DNA of 64,000 nucleotides from Octopus vulgaris (taxonomy: Eukaryota). The stretch spans positions 21,762,001 through 21,826,000 of the forward strand of contig OX597828.1 of the NCBI GenBank assembly GCA_951406725.2, given 5' to 3'. This document shows, in pieces, positions 15,688 through 31,570 of this stretch; position 1 is the stretch's first letter, and every line of letters begins with the position of its first letter. The translations under genes and the position numbers were made by a program. Under the pieces are notes generated by a model. The model was not told the DNA's origin, ran no database searches, and saw nothing but the letters and a program-made list of their open reading frames with translations.

Positions 15688-15857
15688 CATATATACGACG
15701 GGCTTCTTTCAGTTTCCGTCTACCAAATCCACTCACAAGGCTTTGGTCGGCCCAAGGCTATAGTAGAAGACACTTGCCCAAGGTGCGACGCAGTGGGAAT
15801 GAACCCGGAACCATGTGGATTGTAAGCAAGCTACTTACCACTCAGCCACTCCTGCGC
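15430..15857 (-). mobile_element. SINE family A, full length, with internal (TA)n(TG)n
   Basis: tRNA-like head, CACCTTGGGCAAGTGTCTT core, internal microsatellite and GCTCCAGCATGGCTGCAG tail. Many copies occur in the window. Confidence 0.85.
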
Positions 15858-15868
15858 GCGAGCGCACT

Positions 15869-15899
<31 letters not shown>

Positions 15900-16339
15900 G
15901 TATATATATGTATATATTTACATAGAAACAACGATACACACACACACACACAAATGAGGACAGTTTATAAACAAAATATGAATATGTATGTATTTTATAG
16001 ACAAGAAAGTATGCATACATATATATGTGTGTACATGTGTATACATGTGTATATATTTATGCACCTTGAAGAATATCCGGTGTTGTCCGGAAATAAAGCG
16101 ACTTGATGACAGCTAATTGCTATACCTCGGTTCATTATAATTCGGCATAAAATTAATATTTAAAATATACATTTTTATATTATTTATAATAGACTAACTT
16201 GTTCTTTCTCAGTACTCAAAGCACCATACGTATATTTTATGGCGTTTATTCATCAATCAGATATATATAAATGTTTACTGTTTATGTTTTACTTGGGGTC
16301 AAATGAAAGTTAAAGGGCGACATCAGAGCTTGGTCGCAT

Positions 16340-16530
16340 CCACTGGGCTGCGGCCATGCTATAGCACCGAATTTAAGTATTTAGCAAAACGCATCGATCT
16401 CGGTACTTATATTTTCAGTCTAGTAACTTATTCGATGTGACTTTTGTGCAAGGATTAAGTCACGGGAACGTAAACTACCCAACACCGGTAGTCAATCGAT
16501 TAGGAGGTAAGAACACAAAAACAAAAGAAG
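16340..16530 (-). mobile_element. SINE family A tail fragment
   Basis: CTGCGGCCATGCTATAGCACC...CAACACCGG matches the family A tail. Confidence 0.6.
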
Positions 16531-19500
16531 ACACAATTATTTATCTGGATATATAAAAGGTTGTTTGTATGTATGTGTATGGGGGGAGTGCTGCGCGCGT
16601 TTGTACGTATGTTCCTTATGTGTTCGAAAATTGAGTTGGCGATTTTGACGTATGGGGTATCATAACATTCAGTAACTTTTCGGCTACGAAATAAACTTTA
16701 TTTTCATTTAAATATTTTCTACGTTATCTCAACAACCAGCTTTAGTTATTTGAACGATACTGCTCTACAATGATCAGGTATCATTAGAAATTGAAATTAA
16801 GTGTTACATTACGAGAGTGGCGATGTGTGAATAATGAAAGAAAAGTTTCTCCGAATTAGTCACATCTCTACTGTAATAAAGAAAGCCGTATAATTTGTAT
16901 ATATGTATTTTATTATAAATGCAAAACAACACCACGGAGGAATCGACGTAAGCTGAAATAATAGACTGCAATAGATGAACCGCGATATGGCGTGGAATTA
17001 CTGTAATTCGTTGAACACGAAGTAGATAAATCTACAAATAACAGCGTGAAAATATTGGGTTAAAACCTTTTTGGATAGAAAACGTCACAGGCTGCCTTCG
17101 AGTTTTCTATCTAAATTGTATTTTAACCCAATATTTATCACAAATTATTTTATGTTCTCTCGAAGTTTCTAAACTCCTATGACGAAAACAACACACACGC
17201 AGCACACACACATATAAACCCACACGCACACGCACATACATATATATGTATGTACTTGAAGGTCTTCTGCAGATTTCTTTCTACCAAATTCTCGTACAAG
17301 GAATTAGTTCAGGTCAATTGTGCAAGTCACATATATAATAATTTGGGTAGTGTTCGCAACATTCAGAAGTATGTGTCTGAAATTTATTCATGCATGACTA
17401 AGTGTAAATGATGGAAGTGATTCTTTTCATAGTGAATGGTAATAAAGCGATGTGCATTTACATCCATGATTTCAAATTCTCAAACCGGAAATATATTACG
17501 AGCAGTGAGCTGAAGTTACTGAAAGAAGTTATTTCTGACAACGGCGTAATTTACTAGTAAGATCACCTGATAATGACAATATTTTTGTCGCATTTCTTTT
17601 CTTTTAAAGAGTACATTTATCTCGCATAAAATTATTCCAATAAATTTTAAAAAGTAACCAAGGTTTTTAAATATGGTGCATTTTAAATTTATTATACACG
17701 CTAAATACTTACACACATAAATTTTTCTCGTCTAATTTACGTCAGTTATTGCGTAAAATTGTAGTTTTTTTTAGTTATTCTCAAAATATCAGTGAAATTT
17801 ATGTTGTAAAGAAATATAAATACCTTCTAATGTAACAATAGAGAAATTTATTTTAAAAATTTTAGGTATTTTAAAATGTTATATAAATTTATATTCCATA
17901 GAAATATAAATATCTCCCTATGGGGAAAATGTTAAAATTTAATTCCAAAATTGCAGTGACATTTTTATTATACAGAATTGGAAAATATCTCCCTATAGAA
18001 ATGGTTATATTTGTCAATGAAGAAAATGAAAGAAAACAATGCTGTCGTAATAAATCTAGCGTTGCCCGGATGTAGAAGCACGAACGTGAAGCAGGGAAAA
18101 AAGTAGAAGCTAAGTATACTCGGACAAAAATGAAGGACATGGAATATTTGTTACAATATGAATTTTGTTGTAGACATTTTCATTAAAACACAATTCGGTC
18201 TGTTAAAGATAGAACAAATATCTAGCAAATATGATCTATGAAGTGTCCTAACGAAGGTTTAATTTTGATCGGAGATATGTCACCTAGGCACTAGAATATT
18301 TGCAATTTTCTTTTGAAAGATATTTCTTGAAATTCTCAAATGTACAAAAACAGTGTTTTTATAAATATTCATTTATTAGATAAAAATATTTAAAAGTATT
18401 ATATTTAGCCTCATGCATAATTACGAAAGATTAGAAAACAAACACAATTTGTTTCGTTCAGTGATATTGTGATGTCTACGATTCTACGGAATAATAAGTA
18501 ATATTTCAACTACTTAACGGTGCTAAATATGAAGCCATTTTGATGGCTGGCTGAAGTAGTAAAAGATAGAACTAAATATCTAGATATACGTATTGCCTTT
18601 TATCTAGATATAAGTATTACCTTTTACATTCGGAGTTCAAATATGGTTAAGATCAACAATATTTTTCATGCTTCTAGGGCATATTAAGTATATTTTACGT
18701 ATTTCATTGGATTTAATTGATTATTTCCTTTCTAAGATTAAGATATAAATGAATAGAAAGGTGCATCGCATAATCTCAGAAATTATTTATTGAAAGACCT
18801 TTCTGAACGGGAATAATTCAACTATTAAGAAACACGGTGTATAAATGATTCATAGGTTAATTTGTGTAATGCATTGAAAAATTTAGAAGTGCTGAATTTG
18901 TAATTTAATTCATTGAATTAGCAGACGACATTACAAACGTGACTTAACTATTGAAATTTCGTAAGTTAAATTGTATGAAAACAGTCTACAGAAGAATAAC
19001 TGTTTTACCGATTGTTCAAATGATGTGCAACAAAAGATTATGTTTGATTTAAAGTAAACTATGGTTAAAATGGAATAGTTCTGGAATGAAATTAATGTGA
19101 GGTGTATATACCAATGGCTCAGTATTGATGAGAGCGTGCAGGATTAAATCTACAAGCAAAGCTCCTACTACTATCAATCGTTGCTCAAAACACCACAGGA
19201 AATTACTGGTTAGATAAATTTTTCAGAACTAAGTGCATTAATGTAGTCAAACATGAATTTACATATCTTGACCTGGATTCCAAACACAATTACCTTGAAG
19301 GCGAAGAATTTTAAGATTTATGTATGTACAAAAATACCAAAAAATAGAAAAAAATGGGGTAATAGTTAAGAAACAATGGTATAGTGTAAAATGAGTATCT
19401 GAAATAAGTCATTTCCTTAAAAATAATGAATAGGATATTCATTTGTATATGTCCTTCTTTCATAATCAGAATTGTCTAAGGTAAGCTATTTGCCAGACAC

Positions 19501-19659
19501 AATAAAAAAGGGTTAAATGAATTTGACCGTTTCCTTATCATATTTCAGCTGAAATACACTGTTTTGTTTCAATTAATTTTTAAAGTAATGAGGAATTTAG
19601 TGAAATAACTTTGTCATAATTAATTTGGTGGCTGGAACACAACATACACACATACATAC

Positions 19660-19694
<35 letters not shown>

Positions 19695-19742
19695 CATACA
19701 TATATACATATATATAAATGTGTATACGTGTATATATATATA

Positions 19743-19775
<33 letters not shown>

Positions 19776-20305
19776 GAATGTATATATATAAATATACACA
19801 CACACACATATATATATACATTTATATATAGGAATAAAAATTTATATATAAAGAACGTGAAATACACGAAGGGACAAACACGGAAAACAGACAAGTCATT
19901 CGAAGCCTTCAATCTTCAGTCAGAAACCGAATCATCATGGCAAATTTCGGCTGTTTAATTCTGATATTTGCTCCAACTCGGCCAGCCCCAATGAAAAAAA
20001 CTAAGCTGTGGGCATTAGATTTCTTGGTAGAAGGAAAGAATGTAAACGCAACAGAGACGAATATAAATACAAGAAACAAAAACAAAATTGAAAACAGTAA
20101 TGGTTAAAAACAGGATAACAACGGGTGTCTTACGACTTTTAGACAAAATGAGACAAAGACAACTTATCAGCAGGCGTGGAAACAATTACCTTTTCGGCAG
20201 AGGGGACACATGTTGAGTGAGCCGCGATTGCCAACGGAATGGCTTGTGAAGCAGCAGGTTGCAAGAGGGTAAGAGAGAGAGAAAGAGAGACAGAGAGATG
20301 ATATA

Positions 20306-21514
20306 CATATCATTAAAGTGTTTGAAAGAGTGTTAAGATCAAGGATAGCTGACTTCCTGGAGACCCACAAACTCCTAAATGCAAATCAGCATGGCTTTCG
20401 CTGTGGCAGGGACTGTCTAACACAGCTCTTACACCACATTGAAGATATACTTAAAGCCCTGGGAACAGGTTCGAACTCTGATGTCATATATCTTGACTTT
20501 AGTAAAGCATTCGACAGAGTTGACCATAATATCCTACTCTCAAAATTGGCAAATGTTGGAATCCGTGGAAAACTTCTACACTGGATTAAGTATTTTCTGG
20601 CGAATAGAACACAACATGTTATAGTCGATGGAGTCCCCTCAAGCCCAGCAAAAGTCACCAGAGGTGTCCCCCAGGGGACTGTCTTGGGCCCGCTCCTCTT
20701 TATAATTTATATAAACGACCTTTCCAGTGTCGTACATTACTGCAAAGTGAAAATATTTGCTGATGACACTAAGCTCCAGAAAATCGTCAATGAAGAAGCA
20801 GACCGAACTCAACTCCAGTCTGATCTATATGCTGTGAGTCAATGGGATGAGTTCCTGGATCTTAAGAACCTTCCGGTCCAGAGAACAAGGTGTCATCATA
20901 CCACTTTTCTCCTCCTTTGTACGGCCACACCTCGAATACTGCTGCCCACTGTGGTCTCCCCATACAAGACAAAACATCTCGAGGATTGAATCACCCCAGA
21001 GGGCACTCACTTAACGAATTGAAGGCATGGCTGCTCTCGATTATTGGGACCGCCATAAAGCCTTGAAACTCTACTCTCTCCAGCGCCGCCGTGAGCGGTA
21101 CATCATTTGCACGATGTGGAGATATACCGCCAAATTTGCCCAAACGACCTGAACATTAGCTTTAAGGTTCATCCAAGACTGGGACCACGGGCCATACGTC
21201 CCCTGCCCAATTCAGGATCACATATGTACGCTGCAACATAATTTCATTTCCTCAACAGGCCCTGCCCTATTTAACATTATGCCGAAAGAGATCAAAGAGG
21301 AAAAGGATCCCATCAACTTTAAACGGAGTGTGGATAGATTCCTTCAAGGAATACCAGATAAGCCACCCATAATTGGATACAACTCACCCAACAAAAACTC
21401 ACTACTTTAATGGACCACAAACAAAACTTAACTTAGACAGGATTTAGGTGGTGGTATTAAGTTAGACATGGCCTGGACCAATCTTTGGTCGAAACATATC
21501 TAAGTTTATCTAAG

Positions 21515-21518
<4 letters not shown>
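20306..21518 (+). mobile_element. 5'-truncated CR1/L2-type LINE (reverse transcriptase pseudogene) with internal deletion
   Basis: QHGFR, YLDFSKAFDRV, GVPQGTVLGPLLF and FADD, then a jump near 20846 to VRPHLEYCCPLWSP and LYSLQRRRER. 3' tail (TATCTAAGTT)2 before (TA)n. Confidence 0.92.
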
Positions 21519-21552
<34 letters not shown>

Positions 21553-21895
21553 TATATCTATGTATATACACGTGTTACTTTAAAGAGAAAGTTTCTATCA
21601 TAGCACCTGTTCGGTCAGGTTGGTATCGGAAAGAGTGGAAAATAAATACCGCCATTTTACAATCAAAACAGATGAGTTTTCGAAAAGAAAACTGAAAGAC
21701 AAATCTTCTCAATACATTATTTGCATTATTTATGTAATTAATATTTTATGGAATTTCTCTATGTCTCTATTGAAGTCTAATGTCCGCTCCGTACCGATTA
21801 GATAATACAGTTCTATATTTAAGAGATGAAGAATTATGTACATCATTTACCTTATTTACATTTGACGGATATTTGTTCTCATCTTGTTTGTTGTT

Positions 21896-21941
21896 AACAC
21901 AAATTTTCGGTTGATATACCCTCCAGCCTTCATCAGGTGTC
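21896..21941 (-). ncRNA. Minimal hammerhead motif (mutated stem III)
   Basis: GACAC-CTGATGA-a-GGCTG-gagggtatat-CAACC-GAAA-attt-GTGTT. Confidence 0.55.
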
Positions 21942-22101
21942 CTCGGGAAATTTTAGGAAAATTTTAGATTTATAAGCCCTATAATTCACTCCATAATTGC
22001 CCACGGACATGTAGGGCAGTGGTTAAAAGCGCGGGCTACTAACCCCAAGAATAATCGAAAAATACCTTAGGAATGAGCACCCATGTTCGAAATTGCCCCA
22101 A

Positions 22102-22147
22102 GACACCTGATGAATGCTGAAGGATATATCAGCCGAAATGTTATGTT
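22102..22147 (+). ncRNA. Minimal hammerhead motif
   Basis: GACAC-CTGATGA-a-tGCTG-aaggatatat-CAGCc-GAAAT-GTT-ATGTT. Confidence 0.55.
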
Positions 22148-23212
22148 GACAACAAACAAGATGAGGACAAATATTCGTCAAATGTAAATAATGTACATAT
22201 TTCCTCATCTCTTAAATATAGAATTGTGAAATCTCAAACCATGCGGCCTGAGGTTCAGTTCCACTCTAAGTCCCCTTCTTCTAGAGCCCCGGGATGATCA
22301 AAGCCTTGTAACTGGATCTGGTACACAGAAACTGATAGCCCGATGTACATATTCATACACACACACAAACGCATGCACGCACGCTCACACACAATGTCAT
22401 GTGGGGAATATATACGTGTTAATTTATGTGTGAGTGTATGAATGTGTGTATATATATGTGTGTGTGTGTGTGTCTGTCTGTCTGTGTGCATGTGTGTGTG
22501 TCCGTGTGTGTGTGTGCATGTGTATGTGTGTGTGTGTTTGTGTTATGTTTGCCCCACCAACGTTTGACGAACTGCCCTGCTTTCATTACGTCCGCTTAAG
22601 GTGGTGTTCCTCATGCCAACAGTGTAAAAGAGTCAGGCGAAAATATATATGGAGCTGTGCCGCGAAGAAACGATAAAGTTGACTTATTTCATGTATTGTT
22701 AATTTTGTTTCTAAAAATATTTAAACTTTAATTCGATCCAGAGTATCACAATCGAATCTATATGACGTATGCAAACACGATTCCACAAATAATATATTTT
22801 ACAAGAAGCTGGCTACTATACACTTGATCCAGAACAAATCTCATTTAATTTATTGTAGCAATGGAACACGAGAGCTTTTTTTCTAACTTTGAAGGCTCTA
22901 TAAGAACTTACAGACATGTCATGCGATACAAATCGCAAACATGACCAATTTTTTAGCTGAATGTGGAATCGGAATTTTCAATAGTACGTTAATTAGCAAT
23001 GTCAGCTCTTGTACTATTTCGTTCCACACACTTCTGTGAAATTTATATATATATTTTTTTTTACTTTGGTTTTAACGGCCAATAAAGACAAAATACTATT
23101 CAAATATTAAGAACACTAAAATTCCATTAACGACATTATTGACAAATATCAAACCATATTTTGATCTATTGTACTCAATGAAACAAGTACATACGTCCCA
23201 CTAAATATTTTC

Positions 23213-23279
<67 letters not shown>

Positions 23280-23537
23280 TTATATATGTATATATCTATA
23301 TATATATACACGCATATATATGCATTTATATATGCGATTATATACATATATATTTTTCATGCATGTATAAATATATATTTATATATACACGCATACATAT
23401 ATATATATATAAATGTATATACATATATATGTGTGTATATATATATATATATAAACGTAAATATATATATATACACACACATATATATGTATATACATAT
23501 ATATGTAAACATAAATATATATATATATTCACACGCA

Positions 23538-23569
<32 letters not shown>

Positions 23570-23737
23570 CATATATATATGATATATTTATTTATACATA
23601 TGCATGTGCATATATTTATGTATATACACATGTGTTACTATTAGTAAAATGTTTTGTATTCTTGTATCTATATTGTTTTATGCTTTTTTTGGCTTTAGTT
23701 TTAGTTTGTCGTCAACATCATCATCATCATCATCATT

Positions 23738-23784
<47 letters not shown>

Positions 23785-24539
23785 TATTGTTTTTGTAAAT
23801 CTAATCATGTAAGTATCATATTCGTTTATTGCCTATAGAATTTTAAAACCAAAAGCGGCGTCGAGGGGAATTTCATTTGGTAAAAAATAAAAGCGGTTTC
23901 ACAAGGAAAAGAATGTTTAGAAGAAAAAAAAACGGAGTTGTATATCTATTTGAAACGTATCAGTTATATAAATACTGATTTGTAGTATAAACTGAGGGAT
24001 GTAGGATCGTTCGGATATCAGGAAAGACGTAACACACATTTTTGTGTCTGGTATCATGAAAAGTACTTCTGCTTTTGGCTGTATTTGAAGTCAGGAAATT
24101 AAAGGGCTACAAGATATTGGGTGTCACACCTCAATGATTTTGCTTACCAACTATAAGCCTGTTATTTAATATTGCTTTATTAATTAAGGTGATATCAGTT
24201 TGTTCGAATGTTACACAAGATGTTCCGTTTTACGACTTCAGCCACTTCATGGCCTTGTTACAGTAATGTCTGATGTACAATTAATAATGTTAAAATTATC
24301 ATCTTAAGTACCTCACAGAAAACACCAACACAAACACCTACACAGACAAATGCACACTCACATGCGAACGATATTTGCTATTTTAATGAAGTTTGCATGC
24401 ATAATGTTCCCGGGTTGATCGTAATAATGAGTATATTTAATAGATGTCGCCTATCATGATTAATTGTGCCTCGTTTCTGCACCAATTTATCTCTTCCGAC
24501 ATCAGTCGGAAGAGGGATCCTTCCATGAAAAATCATGAG

Positions 24540-25510
24540 TTTACGAATTGTCTTCACGCTTTAGGAATGGTCATTTGTCGCTTGAATACCAATCTCGTTC
24601 AGGGTGACCGTTCAGGGCGACCTCCCAAACGAATGAAAACTTCATAAAAATTCATGAACTGAACTTGGAGGACCGTTATCGAAGAACTGACGAACTTATT
24701 GATATAACTGGTGTATCCCGGATCTCCTGCCAACGAAGTTTTAGCGAGGAAATGCGAATGAAAGAGTTGAAGCAAAATTTCTGCCTGTATTGCTCATGGA
24801 AGATCAAAAAATGTCACGACTAAATGTGTGTCGTGAACTGAAAGCTCAGTTGGATGTTGATCCGAACTTCTTTCCGAAAGTCATCACTGGCGATAAAAGC
24901 TGCGGCCACGGCTGTGACCCGGAAACGAAGCAGTAATCAAGTCAATGGAAGCATTCAATGTCACCACAGAACAGAAAAAGTGCATCAAGTGAAGTCCAAT
25001 GTCAAGATGATGGTGTGGTTATTTTTTCATCGATAGGAAACAGTTAGTCCACAAAAAATTTGTTGCTCCTGGTCAAACTGTTAGCCAGTCATTTTAGTTG
25101 GAAGTTCTGAAGCGTTTGCGAGACGCATTGAAAGAAAAACGCCCGACATGTGACAAAGTGCAGAGTGGTGGTTTCATCACTAGAAAGCGCCTGGGCACAC
25201 TAGCTTGTATGTGAGACAGTTTTTGCCAAAAATGGCATGTCTTTGCTTGCGTATCCTCCCAATTCGCCCGACCTTGTTCCCTATGACTTTTCTTATTAAC
25301 CCGAATGAAAATATTCTTTAAAACGTTTTGCCGATGTGGAAGAGGTAAAGAAAAAAGCGACGGAGCTGCTAAATTGCATGACGTAGCAAGCGTCTGAACC
25401 GATGTATTGCTTGAAGTGGAGAATAATTTGAAGGTGGTTAAAGTGTAAACATGTAAAACTAAGTGAATAAAATAATATTACAAAATACAGGTTTCTTTTG
25501 GGTACCACCT
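24540..25510 (+). mobile_element. Decayed mariner (DD34D-type) transposase
   Basis: DRSGRP, KVITGDKS, DPETKQ*SSQW, HH*KAPGH and YPPNSPDLVPYDF, with many stops and frameshifts. Confidence 0.85.
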
Positions 25511-25646
25511 TACATTTGTATATATATATATATATATATATAAGGGTAGCAAAAAAAAATTCAAGAAAAATTCAAGGAAAATTTTCTGCAACCAGCGGTC
25601 AAGTGAGAAAGTAGAAATAGTCACAGACTATATAATATATTCAACA

Positions 25647-25710
25647 ATAGTATTAAGGAATGACCCTGACAGGTCGTTCAACTCAACGACCTGTCAGGGT
25701 CATTCCTTAA

Positions 25711-25716
<6 letters not shown>
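25647..25716. repeat. Perfect 32-bp hairpin with 6-nt loop, at the end of a ~175-bp insert in (TA)n
   Basis: ATAGTATTAAGGAATGACCCTGACAGGTCGTT-caactc-AACGACCTGTCAGGGTCATTCCTTAATACTAT. Confidence 0.95.
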
Positions 25717-25751
<35 letters not shown>

Positions 25752-26037
25752 TTGCGTTCTTGTCCCAGTTCTTGTTCCAGTTTGTATTTTCTATACATAT
25801 ATATATATTTCGTTTTCGAATTTGGTTTGCAAGATTCTTTATGTGAGTTCTTGTGTTGAAGCGTATTCTGTTGTGTCCGGGGAGAATCATTCTCTTTTAG
25901 TACCGTTAATTTAACACACTCACCGGTAAAAGTTCTACTTATTTCCATCTTAATTTTTCTAAAATTTCCGTTGCGTCTTGAAACCTGTTCAACCTGTGTT
26001 AAATTATAAGGCACTAAAAGAGATTGCCTCTCCCAAG

Positions 26038-26100
<63 letters not shown>

Positions 26101-26309
26101 CGCACTACAAAACCACCGCACACGCACACATACACACACATACACAAACCACACACACACACCACAGGCGCAAAATTTATTTAAAAATATTAACTCTTTA
26201 TCACTTCATACCTGGTATGAGTTGTCCTATATATTAATAGTCCTACATATCAATTAAACTATATATCAGTTGTCCTATATCTTTTATGTTTTTATCTCTT
26301 TAGATTGCG

Positions 26310-27083
<774 letters not shown>

Positions 27084-27434
27084 TATAAATATATATATAT
27101 ATATATATAATTAGATCGATGTTAATCTGATATTGAATATCAGAAATATTTTTGGCCATTATTTACATTTGTTATTCTCCGTTTGACCAGACGAGACCCT
27201 GTATTGGCCATTGCTCTGCTTACAATGGTCAATGGTCCAGTTATTATGAGGTAATTTGCTCTGTTGGTCAGAAATTTCTTCAGCGAAAGAAAAAAGAGAA
27301 CGTACAAAAATAAAATCTCTTTGGTAAGGGAATTTTCCGCTTAATTTGATTCTCATTCTAAAAGTGACTTTCCGGAAAATCGTTACATCGGTTGTAACAT
27401 GAGTGTGTGTGAGTATATGTGTATGTGTGTCCGC

Positions 27435-27467
<33 letters not shown>

Positions 27468-27721
27468 TGTGTGTATGTGTGTGTGTGTGTGTGCTTGTAG
27501 CAGTAGGCTATGCATTAATATATGTATATACAAATACGCACTCGTATTCAAACACATGCACACACAGACATATATATATATATATATATTTATATTTATG
27601 AAATCTATATATTTTGTATATACGTCTACAGAAAATCATTCATATATTTTTGAACGTGCACGCGCGCACAGATAAGCATAGACTCAACTCTATATACACG
27701 TTAATACATTTGTGCATATTA

Positions 27722-27915
27722 TTATCGTCGTGGCACTCCGTCAGTTGCGACGACGTGGGTTCCAGTTGATCCGAACAACGGAACAGCCTGCTCTTGAAAT
27801 TAACTTGCAAGTGGCTGAGCATTTCCACACACAAGTGAACCCTTAACGTAGTTCTCGGAGAAATTCAACGTGACATAGAGTGTGACAAGTCTGGCCCTTT
27901 GAAATACAGGTACAA
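27722..27915. mobile_element. Probable SINE tail fragment
   Basis: GC-richer island GTGGCACTCCGTC...CAGTTGATCC...GGAACAGCCTGCTC that resembles retroposon tails. Only one copy is in the window. Confidence 0.4.
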
Positions 27916-28106
27916 GAGAAACAGGGATAAAGAGTGAGATTTCGCCCCACCCCCCCACCGGCATTGGTAAAGGCTTGCTGCGTTACAAGAATAAAAGTTG
28001 AGATGCTTGTTCAGGTAACAACTGTGTGGAATTGAACTTAGGCTCTCAATAATTGAAAAAAGACCATTTTGATTACTCATTCTGTCCTGCATATCTGTAT
28101 CTAGAC

Positions 28107-28212
<106 letters not shown>

Positions 28213-28232
28213 GTATGTCTGTCCGTCTGTCC

Positions 28233-28264
<32 letters not shown>

Positions 28265-28273
28265 GCCGTTCTT

Positions 28274-28332
<59 letters not shown>

Positions 28333-28370
28333 CACATATATATGCACATATAAGAATGTATGTACATATT

Positions 28371-28775
28371 GGCGCAGGTGGCTGTGTGGTAGAAAGTTTA
28401 TTTCACAACCACATGGTTTCAAGTTCAATCGCATGGGTAAGTGTCTTCCACTATAGCCTCGAGCCGACCAAATCCTTGTGAGTAGATTTGGCAGACGGAA
28501 ACTAGAAGAAGCCCTTCGTATATCTCTATATCTTACTATATCTATGTGTGTGCGTCTTTGTCTGTGTTTGTTCCCCCATCACCACTTGACAACCGGCCTT
28601 GTTATGTTTACGGCCCCATAACTTCGCCGTTCGACATTAGAAATCGATGTAATTCGTATCCGGCTTAAAAGGTAAGTCCTGTAGTCGATGTGTTCGAGTG
28701 AAACCTTTCAAAGCGGTGCTCCAGCATGGCTGCAGTCAAATAGCTGAAACAAATTAAAGGATAGATGAATAAGAA
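28371..28775 (+). mobile_element. SINE family A, full length
   Basis: GGCGCAGGTGGCTGTGTGGTAG head, GGTTTCAAGTTC B box, core, internal TA/TG tract and GCTCCAGCATGGCTGCAG tail. Confidence 0.85.
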
Positions 28776-29175
28776 TATATACATACATTTATGTATGTAC
28801 ATATCAGCATCCATACATGCATATGTGCGTATGTGTGCGCTGTTTACATGCATATATAAGCGTCTGTTTATAAATTTGCACGTACATAGATATTGTCTGA
28901 GAATAAGCCCCGGAAATATAATATAGGAACATACAGGGGCAACGACGGAAGTCTATCTCTCTCTCTCTCCCCCTCTCTCTATCCCTCTCTCCCCCTCTCT
29001 CTCTCTCTCTCTCTATCTATCTAACTATATATCTGTCTGCCTGTTTGTCTATCTCTCTATTTGCATATATTATCTAGTATTATATGATATATATCAATAT
29101 ATACTTATGTATACCTACATAGACACATACAGATATATATTTCTATATCTATCTATCAATCTATCTATCTATCTA

Positions 29176-29264
<89 letters not shown>

Positions 29265-29528
29265 CAGTATATATATGTATATATCTGTATATATAAGCAT
29301 CCATATAATAAAATGATACAATATATATAAATGTATATATATGTAAGTATGCAAGCTTGCATTAATATATGTGTGTGCATGCGAGCGTGCGTGCGTATAT
29401 AAAGCACACAAACAATAATAGTAATATTAATAAGAAAAACAATAATGATAACAGTGATAGTATTATTAATATTATTATTAGTAGTGGTAGTAACAGTAGT
29501 AGCAATAGGAATAATAATAATAATAATA

Positions 29529-29594
<66 letters not shown>

Positions 29595-29881
29595 GTGAAA
29601 ATAATAATTCATAGCCCTTATTTTATGAATGCAGAGGAAAAAAAGGGAATAACGTGGACGTTGTATAAAGCTATGAAAACTAAGAAGGAAATAGCTGTGT
29701 TGTTTGGATGTTTTTTGGATATGTGATTTGTAAATGTAATTTCCTGACTGGTTGGGTGTCTTTGATGTGGCGGTCATGTTCAGCATGGAAGTGAAATACA
29801 ATACAGGTAAACACATACATACGTCTGTGCATACATATAGATACATGTATTGGTACATACATACTGATGTATATCTTGCTC

Positions 29882-29934
<53 letters not shown>

Positions 29935-30114
29935 TATATGAATAAATAGATAGATAGATAGAGAGAGAAAGTGAAAGAGTTTGATATATCGATACACATA
30001 TACGTATGTATGTATATATATATATATATACATACATACATATATACATACATACATGCAGCTATGAATATACGAATGAATAGGTTTAAATACATTTCTC
30101 CCGCTCTCTCTCTC

Positions 30115-30184
<70 letters not shown>

Positions 30185-30235
30185 ACTAATTAGTTTTATA
30201 GAGCTACGTGTGTAAATAAACACGATTATGAGTAT

Positions 30236-30268
<33 letters not shown>

Positions 30269-30485
30269 TTTATATTCACGTATATATATGTATATATATG
30301 TATATATATGTATACATATATTTATATATATGTATGTATACATATTTATGTACAGATATTTACACAATATATACATATGTGTGTGTATGTAATTCAGCAT
30401 ATCAGACCTTAGAGTAATTGAGTTAATTAATGCCCTATGAGTGTATATATTTCGTGTTTAGTGTCACTCTACAAAATATTGGACG

Positions 30486-30516
<31 letters not shown>

Positions 30517-31065
30517 AGAAAGGGAGAAAGATGGAGCGAGAGAGAGAGATTGTAAAAGACAGAGGCTGATATAGATAGAATGAAAGAATGAGTGATAGAA
30601 ACAGGGAGACAGATGGAAGAATATTGAGAAAAAGTCATGGAATGAGTCAATAATATAAATCAAGCAGGTTGGAAACCAGCGGCGTGTATATATAAATCCA
30701 CGTGTAATTAATTATAGATTCAGGTATGCATGTTTATAGATAAAGGTTTATATACATATGTATTTTTTCCGGTGTGTATTCAATAATAATCCTTAACAAC
30801 GGGAAGAAAAACAAAGAATATAATTTTGATTAGTTTGCGCATGATTACGTTTGTTGAAGAGTATCTTTGCGTTTTGACTCACACCAGTGCTATGAATGAG
30901 GTTATATATATATTATAGGAATGCGGTGGGGTGAGAAACGATGAGGGTTGGAGGAAGAGGGAGAGAGAAAGAGTTTCCTGTGAAGAAGAAAAACATCACA
31001 GATTGTGAGAGGCAGAAAGCAAAAATAAAATGGAGGCACCGACACAAAGCGAGCAACATGTATGT

Positions 31066-31096
<31 letters not shown>

Positions 31097-31570
31097 ACGA
31101 TAGTCTTCTTTCAATTTCGAAATCCACTCACAAGGCTTTATTCGGCCGGGTGTTATTGTAGAAGACACCTGCCCAAGGTTTCACGCGCCGGTACTGAACC
31201 CGGAATAGTGTTTTTTTTTAATCTTTTGTTCCTTCTCGAGCCATGCTTGGCTCATAAGGTCCGGTTTCCCGGTTTCTTGGAGTATAGGTTCCCCATCTGG
31301 ATAGGACGCCGGTCCGTCGCAGGTGAGCTACAAGATGCAGGAGGAAAGAGTGAGGGAAAGTTGTGGGGAAAGAGTCAGCAGAAGTTTTCCATTACCTTCT
31401 GCCGGAGCCGCGTGGAGCTTAGGTGTTTCACTCATAAACACACCGCCCGGTCTGAGATTCGAACCCACGATCCCTCGACCGCGAGTCCGCTACTCTAAAC
31501 ACTAGGCCATGGGCCTCCACAACAGTGAGGTTGGGAAACAAGTTTCTTAACACACAGCCACGCCTGCGCA
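31097..31570 (-). mobile_element. Family B (tail 1) SINE at 31209-31520 nested in a family A SINE head
   Basis: Family A sequence breaks near 31208 and resumes at 31521. Apparent TSD AA(T/C)AGTG. Confidence 0.8.

Larger units (their letters stand above)
21807..22227. mobile_element. Inverted pair of Penelope pLTR-like arms (~145 bp each), each with a hammerhead motif
   Basis: 21807-21953 is the diverged reverse complement of 22087-22227. A third copy lies at 60870-61018. Confidence 0.8.

Noticed and set aside
16543-18120. Possible Helitron-like termini in an AT-rich stretch
   Set aside because: No clean hairpin plus CTRR end and no second copy.
19890-19960. Minus-strand CTGAAGA...GAA as another hammerhead
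   Set aside because: It lacks GAAA and consistent stems I and III.
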